In this document: piece by piece, positions 12,468 through 27,004 of the stretch
Layout of the letters: each line of letters opens with the position of its first letter
How positions within the stretch are numbered: position 1 is the stretch's first letter
Assembly: GCF_009914755.1 (NCBI RefSeq)
Contig: NC_060926.1
Strand: one strand, 5' to 3'
Length of the DNA: 64,000 bases
Origin: the human T2T-CHM13v2.0 reference genome, Homo sapiens
Notes under the pieces: generated by a model
The model's input: only the letters and a program-made list of their open reading frames with translations
Database searches by the model: none
What the model was told of the DNA's origin: nothing
Program-made: the position numbers and the translations under genes

Positions 12468-13304
12468 CTAAAATAAGAAACAAACAATAAGTTTTACTTG
12501 GATTGAGGAAAGGAATCAAATCCATTTACATGAGTATAAAGGTTCAAGAACTGAAGGGTGGTTACTGATTTATAACTTTGTAAAATTGCCCATGGAAGAG
12601 AGGGTCCCATTTAGAAGAAATAAATTTGTTTCTCTCTGAAATAGACACATTCACCAAACACATGGATCCGATAAATACCAAATCATGGAATTGATCATTA
12701 TATCATTCCTTAACCTTTGCTTCAACAGCCACAAATCAGGTCAATAATCACCTAGCCTAGTGTTGTCCTTTGTCACAGCAAGAGCACATTAAACTTTGAA
12801 GAGGAAACATCATAGAGTTTACAATAGAACTGCAGGACTCATACTACCAAATTATCTGTATCATGCAACCAACTTAGCATCATTATAGTTTCATGAGATA
12901 AAATAAAAATTGCTCATTCATTATTAATAATCTGTTTCCAGCACACAGAATTAAAAAACAAATACCTGAGAAAAGCAGAAATGCTGATACCCTAAACATT
13001 TATTTAAGTCAAAAAGACTCAGTTGAGTTTAAAATATTGCATTTCCCGTCTCCTGGTAGCACGGATCACTGAAGTGCTTTGAGAACCCCTTCCTTCCTCC
13101 ATGCCACCCAAATGCTCCCAGTGCCTGTTGTTGCTATTAAGCCAGAGATAAACTCAACATCAGGGTTATCTATCCTGAGCACTGATGGACTCGGCTCCAA
13201 ATACAAGCCTGTCAAGTAGCTTGTTTACAGCAAGTCTTTTAAATAATGAAACTGTTCCCTCTAAATACCTGGCCGTCAGGGTAGCATGCTCATTTCACTA
13301 CTCT

Positions 13305-13440
13305 AATACTCCTGCAAGACTATGAGCTCCATGGGCTCCACAGGAAATGATAATGATTTTGCTCATCAATATAGTCTTAGAACCCGACACAGTGCCTGGC
13401 ATATAGAAGACAATCATAACTATTCATGGTGAATGGATTA
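13305..13440 (+). mobile_element. L2 3' end
   Basis: agactatgagctccatgg...acacagtgcctggcatatagaaga...tgaatgg. Confidence 0.7.
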
Positions 13441-13489
13441 TATGTTAAGAATTTCTCCACTTTATGCATCTGCACAATATCCTATGAAA

Positions 13490-13900
13490 TGGGGATATTA
13501 TTGTTCTTTTATTTCTACATTTCTGGGGATTCAAGTTGCTTCTTTTGTAGTATTTTAAACACTGCTGTGATGAATATCTTTATTTTTGTGATCTCTCCAT
13601 ATGTTAGATTCCCAAAAGGAGAATTAATGGGTCAAAGAATCAGAACATTTTTATAGCTCTTGACATATAATGCAAAATGACTTCTGGAAAGGATGGAAAA
13701 CAGCATAGCACCAGCAAAACACAGAAAACAGTTTTGACCACTTTCCCAGGCATACCAGCTATTAGCTTTTTAAAAGAGATGATAACTAAAGGGAACAATG
13801 AAATATTATCTAAATATCTGTTATAAATTTGTATGACTTTAATGTGGTAAATTGGACATTTTCTCTGTTTATTTAACTAGTTAGATTTTCTGTTTTGCAT
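13490..13900 (-). mobile_element. L1ME fragment
   Basis: aaacactgctgtgatgaatatctt...gattcccaaaaggagaattaatgggtcaaag. Confidence 0.6.
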
Positions 13901-15067
13901 ATCAACCAAGGAATGATTTGATGTGGCTTCTGCTGTGTGAATGGGAAACCTTTCATAGATACTTGGAGAAACTTTGACACTACAACTTCTCTGCCAATTT
14001 GATACCTTTTACTTTGAATATTCCTCAAGAGAATGACAGGAACTTTGAAAACTGGAGTTTAGGTGATACTTCCACTGTTCCAGGGATCTCTTTATTCTAT
14101 GTATGAATTCCAAGAGACCAGGAGCCTCTTAGATAGATTACTTACATGTGTGTTGATAAATATCTTCAGAGGTTTTCACATGGGAAGAATTAGTGAGTTA
14201 TTTTGCAGAGTTGGGCCAGTTTTACAGGCCAATAAATAATGAGCTAAATAAATCACAGTCAGGGACCAGCCTACACAGAGAAATTGTATACCTACAAAAG
14301 TTTTAGCAGTAATGAAATTGAAAGCTGTCACCAAATCCTGTTATCTGTCTGGATAGAAAAGTGCTCAACAAAAACACTGATAGCGTAGGAGATAGAGAAT
14401 TGAATTAAGGCCAAAGAAACCTTTCAGTGAATGGCAGATTGAAGACAATAACTGAGTAATAGAATAAAACTTTCTCAGGAACCCAAGTCTTAATAAATTG
14501 CTCTGTAAGTACTTTGGGACTACAGATCTATCTAACTTCTTTAAGTTCCCAGGGCTCAAGGACGTTTGGTTTTGGGAGGAGGCACCTTTAGGATGTACAG
14601 GAAACCTGGGCAACTCATAATAGGGCCCAAGGTGGAATCCAGTTCGTGTAGTCCAGTTAAGTTTGGTATTATTGTGTAAATACTTATACATGATTTCCAG
14701 AACAAAGCATTCTCTCATTGTTCCAGACACTCATTGCTTAAATACTTGGAATCAAAAAAAAATTCTAAGAATGCTTATAAAAATATTCTAGAATAAGTAT
14801 TTAAAAATTCTCAAGGATAATCCAAGATATGTTTAGTGAGCCCAGTGTTTACCTCTTCCTTCCTTTCTATTTTGCCAGGTGATGCTTGATAGCAACATAA
14901 AGGTTACTTATCTTTAAAAACGCTCCTTTTCAAGAAGGATTAGTATAGAGAGAGCTAAATGTTAACTACAGGTAAACAAATAACTGCATTCTATAAATAA
15001 TTTCAAGGAAAGTTTTCTTTTCATGTCTCCCTGGAGATCGTACTTGAGTCAGGGAGAAAAAGTAAAG

Positions 15068-15300
15068 CAGTAAAGTCAAGAACAAAGGCTGAAGCCAGAG
15101 GGCCTGGTCAAATCCCAGTTCTATCTTTACTCGTTATATAATTTGGGATGAACCATTAAACTCTATATTCCTCAGTTTCCTCATCTGCAGAATGGGGTTT
15201 ACAGTGACAATATCTATCTCATAGTGTTGTTGTAAAAATGAAGTGAGTTAAATATGTGAAAACACTTTACAATAGTGCCAGGCACATGGCAAAGTGTATT
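15068..15300 (+). mobile_element. MIR, near full length
   Basis: tcaaatcccagttct...cctcagtttcctcatctgcagaatgggg...atagtgccaggcacatgg. Confidence 0.85.
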
Positions 15301-16339
15301 TTCCATTCTGATATTATGAACATCTTAAGAGTAGTTTATAAAACTGTACTGCCCAGTACCCAACATCATTCCAGCACATAGTAGGTGATTAGTGAACAAT
15401 TGCTGAATGAATGGTTGACTATAAAGGATTTTCCACCAATATTTTTTTTAAAGGACCACATTTCTTTGTATCTTCAAAGCATGACTTAATTCAATACAGG
15501 ACTGACAGGTAACTTTCAGAAACAATTCCAGGGTTCAGAGTATGCACACCTGTACGTATCAGCAGAATGAATAATGAGAGAGCAATGAACAATATTAGAT
15601 AAAAGCTAGGAGAACTATAGAAGACAAGTAAGAGTCTTAACCCAAATCCAAAAGACTTTGAATTAATGCAAGTATTATTTCCTTGGCAAAGCCCTGGCCT
15701 GCCCTTCTAATCTTCACTGATAAGGCCATGACTATTACACCATCTGGGATAGGTCAAGATTAAGTGAAGATTCTGATCTCATCACTAACTACTCTTATAT
15801 TCAAGTGGGGGTTGGAGAGTGGGTGGGAATGTTTCAGGGAGAGATCTTCTAATGACAGATTCACTCATGTAATGCTCAGGAGGTTATTTAGGCCTACTTA
15901 ATCTCCAGGACATCTGAAACAACACAATTTCTGGAACAACTTCTTATCCTGGAAAATCCCAGACGAGTTTAATTATTTTTTTAATCCCTGTGTTTAGTAG
16001 TCATATCACTCACCACTGAAATGCAGTTCTTGTTGCTGGAGTAAAAGAGAGCAATGTTTTTAATAGGTACCAAAGATAATAGGATGACTAGGCACACAGC
16101 TCACGTCACTGAAAACGGAGACAGACTGGCTCTACCAGGTTGGAACGAAGCCAGTCTCTCCAGGGCTCACTGTACTCTAGGTATGGCATCATCAGCTCCC
16201 CTACCGGACAGTGATGAGGTGAGAGAGTAGGCAAGAGAAAGAGGGAGAGAGTGAGTGATTAAATGAACAAATACAGCAAAGTTAGAGAAGGCGCTGGCCT
16301 ACAAAGGTTTTAGTTAAAAAAAGCAGGGAATTTTGCATT

Positions 16340-16412
16340 AATGAAATCCACTGAATAATCGGTTTAATTTGAGATATCCACATGTGGCTAGTGGCTGGCA
16401 TATTGGACAGGG
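16340..16412. mobile_element. MER3/MER33-like hAT fragment
   Basis: ccacatgtggctagtggctggcatattggacag. Confidence 0.6.
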
Positions 16413-16419
16413 AAGGCTG

Positions 16420-17715
16420 GGTGAGTTCACTTGATATCTCTGTTCTTTTTCTATCTCCTTCATGGTGTTCTCTTCTCTCACCTGCCACTTCCATGTCGGG
16501 GTTCCTTTTTGGTTCCCTGCTTTTGTGACTCTGCTCACTTTCCATGGCTGACCTTGAGTCACCTCACATTCTACGCGATCAAAACTGAATTTTTCGTCTT
16601 CCTTTATAAAATAGTTACTCTTCATGAATTTGTTAGTTCAGTTTGAGGCATTATCATTCACCCAGACCCTCAAGCAGGGAACTATCCTTGACAGCTCATG
16701 CCCCTCCATCCCATACATGCAATTAATTTTCAATTCTTGCTATATTTACCATCCCCCCACTCCCCAAATCTATCCATGTAGCCCAACTACAAGTATCTTC
16801 TCCAAACTGTCATCCTCTCTTGCCTGCATTCCACCTAACATTCTTCTAGTGCAAGGATTCTCAGTTCTGGCTGCCTGTTAGAATCAGGTAACGGGGAGTT
16901 TAAAATATGGCCAGAACCTGGATCCACCTCCAGAGATGCGGTTTTATTCGGGATGGAATAGAGCCCAGGCATCACCATTTTTTAAAGCTCTCCAGATGAC
17001 TTTTTCAGAGTCAGACTGGGACTCACACATCTAGCTCATCTTCCTGGCTCTAGTTTTTTTGCACCTATGGCCACACCATAAAGAAGCACCACAGGGCTCT
17101 TTACAGAACATTCACTTGTCCACTCTGCCTAAACCCTTTCAATGACGGACCACAATCTAGAAAATGAAATCCAAATTCTTTGACATTCCCTGGCCTTTCT
17201 AGTCATGTACTGACATTCTCGGCCTCACAGCTAGTTCCCCACCTGCAGGTGCCTTTTCCTACCTGTGCTTGTGACCTCTTCTTTGCTCAGATCCCCACTC
17301 TTCACCTGGGGAACCTCTACTCATCCTGAGAGACTCGGCTTCGGCGTCGCCCTTCTAGGAAATCTGTTCTCACTTGCTTATGAGAACAGATTCTCTGTAC
17401 ATTGAACATCCTGTGCATAATTATATGTATGATACATCACGTGTATGTTAACATGGGTGCCTACACCTGGATGCCCCGTTGCCTATGAGCCCGTTTTCTC
17501 AGAGCATGTATGGTTTATACCTGCTGTCTCCTTTAATTATTAATGGTGCTCCCTTGAGTCTCAAGGGTATCTGTGCTACCATAGATGATAAATTGCAGAT
17601 TACCCTCCTTGTAAGATTGTTGAGGTCAGTAACATTGTCGTATTTTTCATTGGGATCTCAGTGCCTAACACTTCTTCTAAAACTTGGTGTTAATTTATGT
17701 GCTCAAAAAAATTAA
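16420..17715 (+). mobile_element. L2 LINE remnant interrupted by a MER5
   Basis: tcaaaactgaatttttcgtcttcc, atcattcacccag, aaatccaaattcttt, ctctactcatcc, gtgcctaacac in L2 order. Confidence 0.65.
16850..17032. mobile_element. MER5A/MER5B
   Basis: ttctcagttctggctgcctgttagaatca...gcccaggcatcaccatttttaaagctctccagatga. Confidence 0.7.
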
Positions 17716-17721
17716 TGAAGG

Positions 17722-18080
<359 letters not shown>

Positions 18081-18334
18081 TTAGAAAGGCTGGCGTAAAA
18101 AACTGAACAAAGAAACAAATGGACACATAGCCACTTGTAAAAAAACGTGATTTTAGAGAGTAAACTAAAGCCTTCTTTCTCAGCTGAATATTACTTTTTG
18201 TACTTTTGTGTTTTTCCCGAGGCCCTACTGATGTTGGGGAAGTTCCACATAGTCATCAGGTAGGTATAGATGATTCCTAAAGCAGCCCCAGCCAGCGTCA
18301 GTTCTCAGAAGGGCAGCTCTGCTTTTTATGGCCA

Positions 18335-18560
18335 AGGATTTAGAATCTGATGTCAGACTTCTTGCATGTGAATTTTGCTCCTCCACTGGGAGGACATTTG
18401 ACTTCAGTTAAGTTATTTAAACTCTCCAAGCCTGCTTTATAAATAAGGATGTTAAAAGTGCCTACCACATACAGTTCTTTTGAGAATTAAATAAGGAAAT
18501 CTATGCAGAGAGTTTAGCATGGTGCCTGTCATAGAGAAAGCTCTGAATAGAGTAGCCCTT
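18335..18560 (+). mobile_element. MIR
   Basis: aagttatttaaactctccaagcc...tgagaattaaataag...gtttagcatggtgcctg. Confidence 0.7.
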
Positions 18561-21078
18561 ATTATTTTATCTATTTTACTTGTTGAACTTACAAATATTT
18601 CATTTGAAGAAGGGATTTGCCTGCATTTAAAAATACTTTGAAAAATCACTGTTCCAGAATATTGGGATTGTAGAGATTCCAACCCAGTTCCCCCTTGGGA
18701 TTTTTGTAACTTGAGTTGCTAATGGAGCCAGTGTTATTTCTTTCCTCTGCAATTCAGCAACCTAAGTCCATACCTTGCCTGTTCACTAGTACCCATTAGT
18801 GGAAAAGAAAATACCAACCCAGGACTCATATTTCAGTGTGAGCCACAGGTGTTGTTGGGTGCCAGCTTCTGGCAGCATGGCATACAAAGAAATGAATGCT
18901 CTTGCCAATGTTGGGAATATTACTGCAGTATGCCTATTACAAATATTTACTTTTTTAGCTGGAATATCAGGGGACACTAGGGTTTCTGTTTGAACAGTGC
19001 TTTGAGGCAGAACTCATTGAAACAACATGGAAAGCTTTGCATAAATAAATTCTTTTATGATTATACTTGTAACACATCGTATCATCAGACTGCAAAATAA
19101 AACTTGAGAGGATAAATAATCCCAGTTATTTGCACATAATGCTAGTTACTAATACAGAGCTGTAGATAACTTCGCATAAAGTATAATAAGAGATATTTCA
19201 TTTTTGGTAAAAGGCTCCTATCAACTAGCATTGAAAAAGCAATATAATTTGTGAGTTACAGGCTTGGGGTTATAGACAATGCCTTTGGAGTCAAAGACAC
19301 ATAGGTTTGAGAAAATAATGCACTTAAGAGTGTCTGGCACCTAAAACAAATGCAACAAATTGTAACTCAGAGTAAGAATATTAATAATAACTAGTATTAA
19401 TATATTATTCTCTAGGGATATTTGATATAGTTCTACCAAACAGAAATGATTAGATTATATTTTGTTCTATCCTATGTTATTTTTTACTGCTGCTTTTGTT
19501 TGTAATTTTAAATCAACCCCAAAATATTCACATAAACTTAAAACCTGACTTCAATAATTTCAGTTTTCTCTGAGAAGTTGGTGGATCAACACAGAAGTGT
19601 GGAAATGAAATTGAGGTGTCTGCATTTTCATGACCAGCAGGCATGATAACTTGTCCTAAAACTGTTTGATCTTGTTACAATTTCTGCTGAATACTTTGAG
19701 TCATGCAAGAGTATAGAATGCCTTTTATTCAAAAGCTTCCAAAAGAGAGATAGCATCCACAGAAATTCAGAGTGAGCTGCTGAAAGGCAATATTAATCCT
19801 GATCTCGGGATATTACGCTAAATATTTGACAGGAATCCAAATTTTCCTGTAGCCTTCCACTAAGAAGATAATCTTTCATAATTTTAACTGTGAAAGGGGA
19901 GGATTTGATCCTTTGAAATGGAAAGGGTGAGCCTAATTGAATTTCCTTCTTTGGTTTCTTATTAAAGATGGGACCAGATTGAATCATATTCAATTAATGA
20001 TTGTACTTGGATATATTGCTCTTTTCAGAAGCTGAAATAAGATTAACAAAGCTTGAAAAAGATGTCGGGGGCAACAGTGCCAATTCAACACTTAAAGGGC
20101 TAGGCATACAAAAGAGCAAAGCCCTATTTCAATGCCGTTTATTTACATGATCCTTGAGCAGGCTGGGCCATTGTTCTTGACCAATTCAAGGACTGAGTAG
20201 AAGGTTGTGTGACCTTGAACATCAGCTATGGAGGCAAAGTAAACATACAAATGTACATATGAATATACATACATGGAAATAATAATTAAGACATACCATT
20301 CTGACCTGCCCTCTCTTCTGACTACACACCAAATACACCATGATCCTTGTCAATGATGAGTCAGTATACCCCTATAATGTCTCATCTAGGCCTACCCAAC
20401 CACTTTTCTGTCTGCCTTCATTGCTCAGGTTAAAGAATGTCTTCTTCTCTAAGGTTTTATGCAAGTCTAGTAACCATGGAACCATGTTTTATGGACTAAT
20501 AATTGTGATACAAAATATAACAAGTAAATTAGCACAATTACTCTGAAGATTTTAATACTGGGACTGTCCAGGAGCACAATGCCTACATAATTAGTCTCCA
20601 TAAAATTCTCCCTTTTGTAAGCGTTCCTCGGGTATGTTGTTTCTATGTTAAACATTAGGATTTACCACAATAGACCTCACATTATTTGCTAACTGTCTCA
20701 TGTTTCTGTTTGTATGATATACTGCTTCACTGGTGACTGTGTAAATTGACTAGCCCTTTATTTCTTCAGTGTCTGCATAGCACAAAACACATAGTAGGAG
20801 CTTGATTGGTACTTCTCCAAATGCAGTTGGTGTGTGTGTTTGGGAGGTGATACAAGTTTGGAAGATAAATCTGAAATTAGTATCCTAGCTCTGACCCTTG
20901 ACATCTGTGGGAGCCTGAGTACGTTTCCACATTTGTAGTATAGGCATAAAAATACAAATAGTACATGCACTGTGATGATATTGTAGGACATTTGTGCAGG
21001 GACTGGTATGCAGTAGGAGCTCCATCCATAGTCATTCTGTTGTTGAATGAAAACACTGGCTTAAGAATGATTTTAGAA

Positions 21079-21448
<370 letters not shown>

Positions 21449-21730
21449 TCAGACTGCCTACATTTAAACCCCAATTCTAAGCCTTCCAGTTGCAAGGGTT
21501 AAATGACTGAATACATATAAATCCCCTTTGAGCGCCTGACACAGACAAAGATTTAGCTTCAGTATTATTAAGGATGAAACTACTTGAGACACACAAATGA
21601 ACTTGGTCAATTTTCAAGGTCTTTTAAAACTCTTAATCTATATTCCTGTGAAGAAATAATACATGTTCTTGCCTTTAAAGCTCCACATATTAGAAAACAC
21701 AGGATTATTCTGAGACAGCTCTCACACCCT

Positions 21731-21767
21731 ACACACACACACACTCACACACACACACACACACACA
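21731..21767. repeat. (CA)n microsatellite with one interruption
   Basis: Read directly from the sequence. Confidence 0.9.
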
Positions 21768-24700
21768 GAGCAGCAGCAGCATTGTCTAGGTCTAATTTTT
21801 TCCTTCCTCTGTCACCCTCATATGTTTGCTAATTGTAGTAACTGTGAGTCCAATCAATATATGTTCTGTCATAAGGAGAGAAGAAGCTGGACTAGGAAGA
21901 TGGAGTTGACGCTATACCTGACATTCAGTTTGAAACACTGAATATTAGAATGTTAGTCTTTTCCAGAGGGTCTGAATGAATGACTTGTCTAAAATAGATT
22001 CCTGAGGAAAAGATCTAGACTCAGAATCATGCATTGAACCAGAATTATCAAAGAAAAGCCTAATTCTAATAAAATTAAGGCTCTTCCAGCAGATGGACTA
22101 GGTCAGCAAAAGGTGCTCTATTTAACTAACTGGAAGTCTTTGCAGCGTTAGGATACAAAACATTTACCAAGAAAGTCTAGGTACAAATTGCCCATGTAAT
22201 CACACATCTGTGAATTTGCAGAGTTTTCAAAATCATTTAGAGATTCCAAGGAAGGGGTAGTGTGAACTCAGCAACAAAATGAAAAATAAACTAAGATAAT
22301 AAACTTACTTTGTGATCTACTCAGTATTTAAATTCTTTGAAATAGACCTCCTCTAGCAACCACCATTCCACATTGCTTTCATTCTTCTGGCCTGGTTGCC
22401 TCCTCTTCCCTTTCCTTTAAATGAGGTCTTCATAGGATATCTCAGTTTCTTTAGGCATTTCCTAAGCGAACTCTCAGGGAATTAATACCATATCTAAGAC
22501 TTTTATTTAAATATAGACTCTTCTCTGTATCAGTTTCGCTCTTTCAGTCTCTGTCATAAAAACTCTACCAGGTATCATTCTTTTTTTTCATTCCCAAATA
22601 CAATATAATTGCATTTCAAGTTACAGAAACTGAAAAGGCTGCTTTCTGAATGGAACAAAATGTCACAACAAAAAAGACCCACTGGAGAAACACGGACAGA
22701 GTGCAATGTCATAGGAAAATCCAGAATGTGGAGAACAGCAAGTTGCCAGAGGGTTCCCTGCAGCTACCCCCGGAACTTAAAGGATGTTCTGAAAGGGCAT
22801 CACACGTGAGCTCTGTTCAGTGGTTATAAGAGTCAGGTACTGGAATCAAGACAGGAAGGAAGAAAGAGAGGCAGGGAGGAAATATAGAGTGGTAGTAATT
22901 GGGCTGAATTAATGACTCTAGACAGAGCTATGCACATAGGAGGCAGTGGTTCTGACAAAGACGACCCTCCTCTGGAGGGACTTGCCCCACTCCTCCACCA
23001 TCAAAACCTTCCCCATCTGTGAGTCATTGCTGAGACCCAGCCTTCCCTGTAGCTGTTGAAGCTGCCTAACAGCTCCCCTCTGACATCTGATGAACTTATT
23101 GTCCGCACCAGGGGTTCTCAACTAGGGAAGAATTTTGCTGCAGTCATCACATCCATCATAAAACCATCCAAGCCCCCAACCCCACTGCTTCCCTTCTAGG
23201 GTGTAGGTCTCCTAATGGACTGCCTCCTAATTGATGGTTCCCAGGCTATTGCCCCAGGGCTGAGGGCCAGCTCCCTGGTGCTGTCACCACCTTTAGCCAT
23301 TAGTTCCCCAGCACCTAGCAGAGTGTGGGCTGCCAATGGTGTTTGTTGAACTATCGAAAGGGAGGACTTGTGACCTCCTGAGATGAAGAAAAACCATGTT
23401 TAAAGGGGCTAATATCCAGCCATGACAGCACCAGTGCCAGACAGCCTCATGTCAGGCTGTGTCAGGCAGCTGCTCAGATGGCAAGGCCTGCTGCCCTGAA
23501 GGCTTACCTGCCTGGGAGAAAGAGGCAGCCACAGAGTGCTCCTCCAGAACACCCCTACTCTTCAACTGCATGTGAATTTCTGAGTACTGATTTCTAGTAA
23601 GATAAACAGCATTTAAGGTTGCCTCTTGGTGCTAGTTTTTAAGATGATATGAATTGCATAGTCCACAAAACATATTTGCCAAGATGTAGCATTTCTTTTT
23701 ATACTTATTCTGCCTGATGGCAAAATACAAAAACGAAACCTAAAACTAGTCCAGGATTGAGAGATTCGCTTTTCTCAAGCCCATTTCCTCAGGGGTTCAG
23801 GTTTATGGGACTATGGCATTGGGCACTGAAATGTTGTCTCTCGCTGTCTCCTTGCCCTGCCTGGCTGGGGTCAGTGTGAACTTCACAAGTCCTACCAGCA
23901 ATCTAGGGAAGAGCTAGTCCTGCCTGGTTCCACTTTCTGTTGGTTTTAGATGCCTTTGCTCCGGATAGTTCTCTTCTTATCAGGACATTAGTGAAACAAA
24001 ACAACTGTGCTCCTCCAGTAATGGCCACTGGCTGGTCTGAAGGACCCCAAAACCTCCCACTTGGATGATCTGGTCATGGCAATGCACTGAGGTTCAGCTG
24101 CATTTTCTACCTCAGCCCTGGTAGGAAACTTCCTGTTTCACTGAGATGCTCCTCCATGGGAAGGGCCCTCCTTTCTTGCACACTCCCTCTCCTTCGGCTA
24201 ACTTTTGGACCCTGCTTCTGGAAATTTCCTGAGACCTTTGAGCTGCCCGCAGCCGTCTCCAGCATGGATCACCACTCTTCTCCCTGAGCCCAAGCTTGAA
24301 GCACGCAGACTTCCATCAACTGCAGCTCCAGCTCACCCCTGAGTCTCCTCCTTCCACTTCAAACCTGCTCTTTCTTCTTCCTACCCTAGAGCTGTTTTCT
24401 CTACTGGAAGAGGGGAGGAAAGGATGAGTAGAGGGACCTCTTGAGTCTGTTTGCGTTCTCCTGGTGATCTTTTCTTTTACCTTCACAAGTGACTTTTGAA
24501 CCTAGAAGTCAAGATTATGGCAGGCTTCTTTACTGGTATGTTTTAGATAATTTCATATACTCCTGCCCAGGGCAACTGGCTGCTCCTAATTGCATAAAAC
24601 AGTGTTAATCAATGTATAATAAAAACAAGTGTATGCTTTTGTGACAATCCAATTCATGTTAAGTGCACAAATATTGTTTTTTAAAAAGTCCTTTTATTTT

Positions 24701-24996
24701 TTTTTCAGTTTGCTGTATTGTCTAAAATGTTCTCATTCTCTTGACTGACCTAGGTGAAGCTTTTAAATGAAGCTGGAAGGTGTCTGGGGCTCCAGTGGTA
24801 TGTCCCATTCTTCAGGTGAGAAAAGAGAAAGCCCAAAAGAAGGAAGGACTGATGTCCTCAAGTTTTGGTACCATGGTCTAGGGAAAGACTCACAGCGTCT
24901 TAGGGCTATCTCAGCGCTGTTTAAGCACAATGGAACAGCTAACATAGGGGGCCCAGAAACTTTGCCAAATGGCAAATAGCTTTTAAAGACAAAAAC

Positions 24997-24998
<2 letters not shown>

Positions 24999-25046
<48 letters not shown>
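24999..25046. repeat. (AGAT)12 tetranucleotide STR
   Basis: 12 perfect AGAT units followed by ATAGAT-type hexamers. Confidence 0.95.
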
Positions 25047-25047
<1 letters not shown>

Positions 25048-27004
25048 TAGATATAGATGTAGATATTTAAAAAGATGTATACATCTTCTGGTATTGCTTT
25101 AAAATTGCTCTTAATCTTTGAGAGGGAAGTTGAGACTTGGCTTGTCCCTCTCTCTGTTTGCAGTCAAACAAGAGGTTAGTGAACCCTGCCCTCCTTATCC
25201 CAGCACGGTGTTAAAAGGATCAAGTGAGATAACAAATGTGAGACACCCATCTAAAATCAGGAAACTCTTAGAGGTCTCTGTGTGAGTGTTATCTGCAGGG
25301 ATTTGCCAGAGTTCTGTGTTCTTCTTCCTTGCACTCTGATCTTTGCTTTTCTACTTTATGAACTCAGCAGAACAGGAGTCAGCCCTCTCCATGAACTTGA
25401 TGGCCAGCTCCTCTGAACTCCAGGCCTGACCCTCTGACTAGCGCTGGCCTTGCTGCTCCTTTGAATCCATCGCAACATTTCCTCCACAGCTGACTTCCTG
25501 GATCTTCACTCATTGTGATTCTCCTGTGGACTGTCGCCTCCATGTGAAGAATTATTTTAACTAATTACTTGCATTTTAAGATCTGAAGAGGCCAGAATAG
25601 ATACCATGTGATAATAAAAAATAAGCTTTTAGGTAATTTTGTTAATTTCACCTGAGGACACTAAACATTTTCTTGTGATTGAGTGATTTACTTGGGAAAG
25701 GAAATAATTTATTAAAAGGTCATTCTCTTTATACTAAAAAGGGGCAAGTTGCAAAAATATCAGGCAATTTAACTTTCTCATGTTTTACTGTCATGAAACA
25801 GTTCTCAAATCTAGGTACATCTGAATTAATATAAGAAATGAGCTTTTTTTTTTGTAGGTTGAATCTTATAGATTTATTCACAAATAATGATTCAATACCA
25901 ATTTTAAAAAGAAACCCTGATGCTAGGTATTGTGGAGTTTATAAAGATGTTAAAAATAAAATCCAAAGCAACTACTTTTTGGGCAAAATTGGTTTTTAAA
26001 AAATTAGTTTCAAAAGACTTCCCGTATATATTTGACTTAATTCTCATAAAAATCTTGTGACACAGTTATTATTGCTATCACTGTTTTATATTTAAGAAAT
26101 CCAAGGCTCACTTTTGTAGACCTTGGATCAAAAATCCCAGAACCCCTGACTTCAAACTCTAAATCCTTCCCTTTACAGAGCATGTAGACGTTTGGTTTGC
26201 AGGAAATAAGTATCTCTAAGAGGATCCAATGCAAATTGTTATTTGGTCCTTCTAGGGAGGAGCTACTTTTCATTGGAGTGATTGGAGAGGGTATAATTAA
26301 ATTGCGATTCCACCTGGTCCCAGAGAAAGGGAGAGACTTTTTGGCAGCACAGGGAGAGTAAGGAAGGGGGAGTTCAGGTTGAGGGAGGGGATAGGTGAAC
26401 AGAGGCACAGAGGGGAAGGGAAGCTAAGAATTTTTAGGGAATAGCAATTGGAGCAGCTTGCGATAATGTGACACCCCTGAAGAAAGCAACAACAGCAACA
26501 AAAAATTAGCAATAATTCAAGAGATGGGTTGTATAAGACCTTATTGCTGGACCAAGGGATTTAGACATCCTCCAGTGCTGAGTGGAACCCACTGTGTGTG
26601 TGTTTGTGGCAGCGTGGTGGTGGTTTCAAATGAAGATAGAACGATTAAGCTTGTGTTCCAGGGCACTTGGCCATGTCTTAATGCAAGACAGACTTGCAAA
26701 GAGAGGAGGTGAGAACCAAACAACTGCAGGAGAAAACTAGGAAGCTGTCAGAGTGGTCCAAGGAAGAATTAATATAGCAACCATAGGAAAGGGGAAGAAA
26801 GGCAAAGATATGAGAAACGCAATAATTAGAAAACTGAAAAGCCTTGACAATTTCTAGAAGGTTGAAGGTGAGAAAAGAATGGAAGTCCTACATTTCAAGC
26901 TTCAGCAAGTAGAAGATTTGTTCATGTTATAAATAGATATGATATTAAAGAAGAAAAGCTTTCTGGAGCCCAGAAGTGTCTAAAGATAAAGGAAAATAAA
27001 AACA

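Noticed and set aside
14755-14820. Degenerate ~22-bp AT-rich tandem repeat, CRISPR-like at a glance
   Set aside because: Low complexity, no unique spacers, and the DNA is primate
14879-14971. 93-nt + strand exon-like segment (ttttgccAG...cag|GTAAAC)
   Set aside because: Stops in all three frames; such pseudo-exons are common and unsupported without RNA data. Similar exon-like segments near 18184-18259, 24709-24815 and 32140-32217 are likewise unsupported
20029-20150. Acceptor followed by AEIRLTKLEKD..., coiled-coil-looking peptide
   Set aside because: No donor before the stop and no recognised homology
24961-24976. TTTGCCA-AA-TGGCAAA palindrome as an RFX or NFI site
   Set aside because: Lacks the GT..AC ends of an X-box; half-site orientation is wrong for NFI
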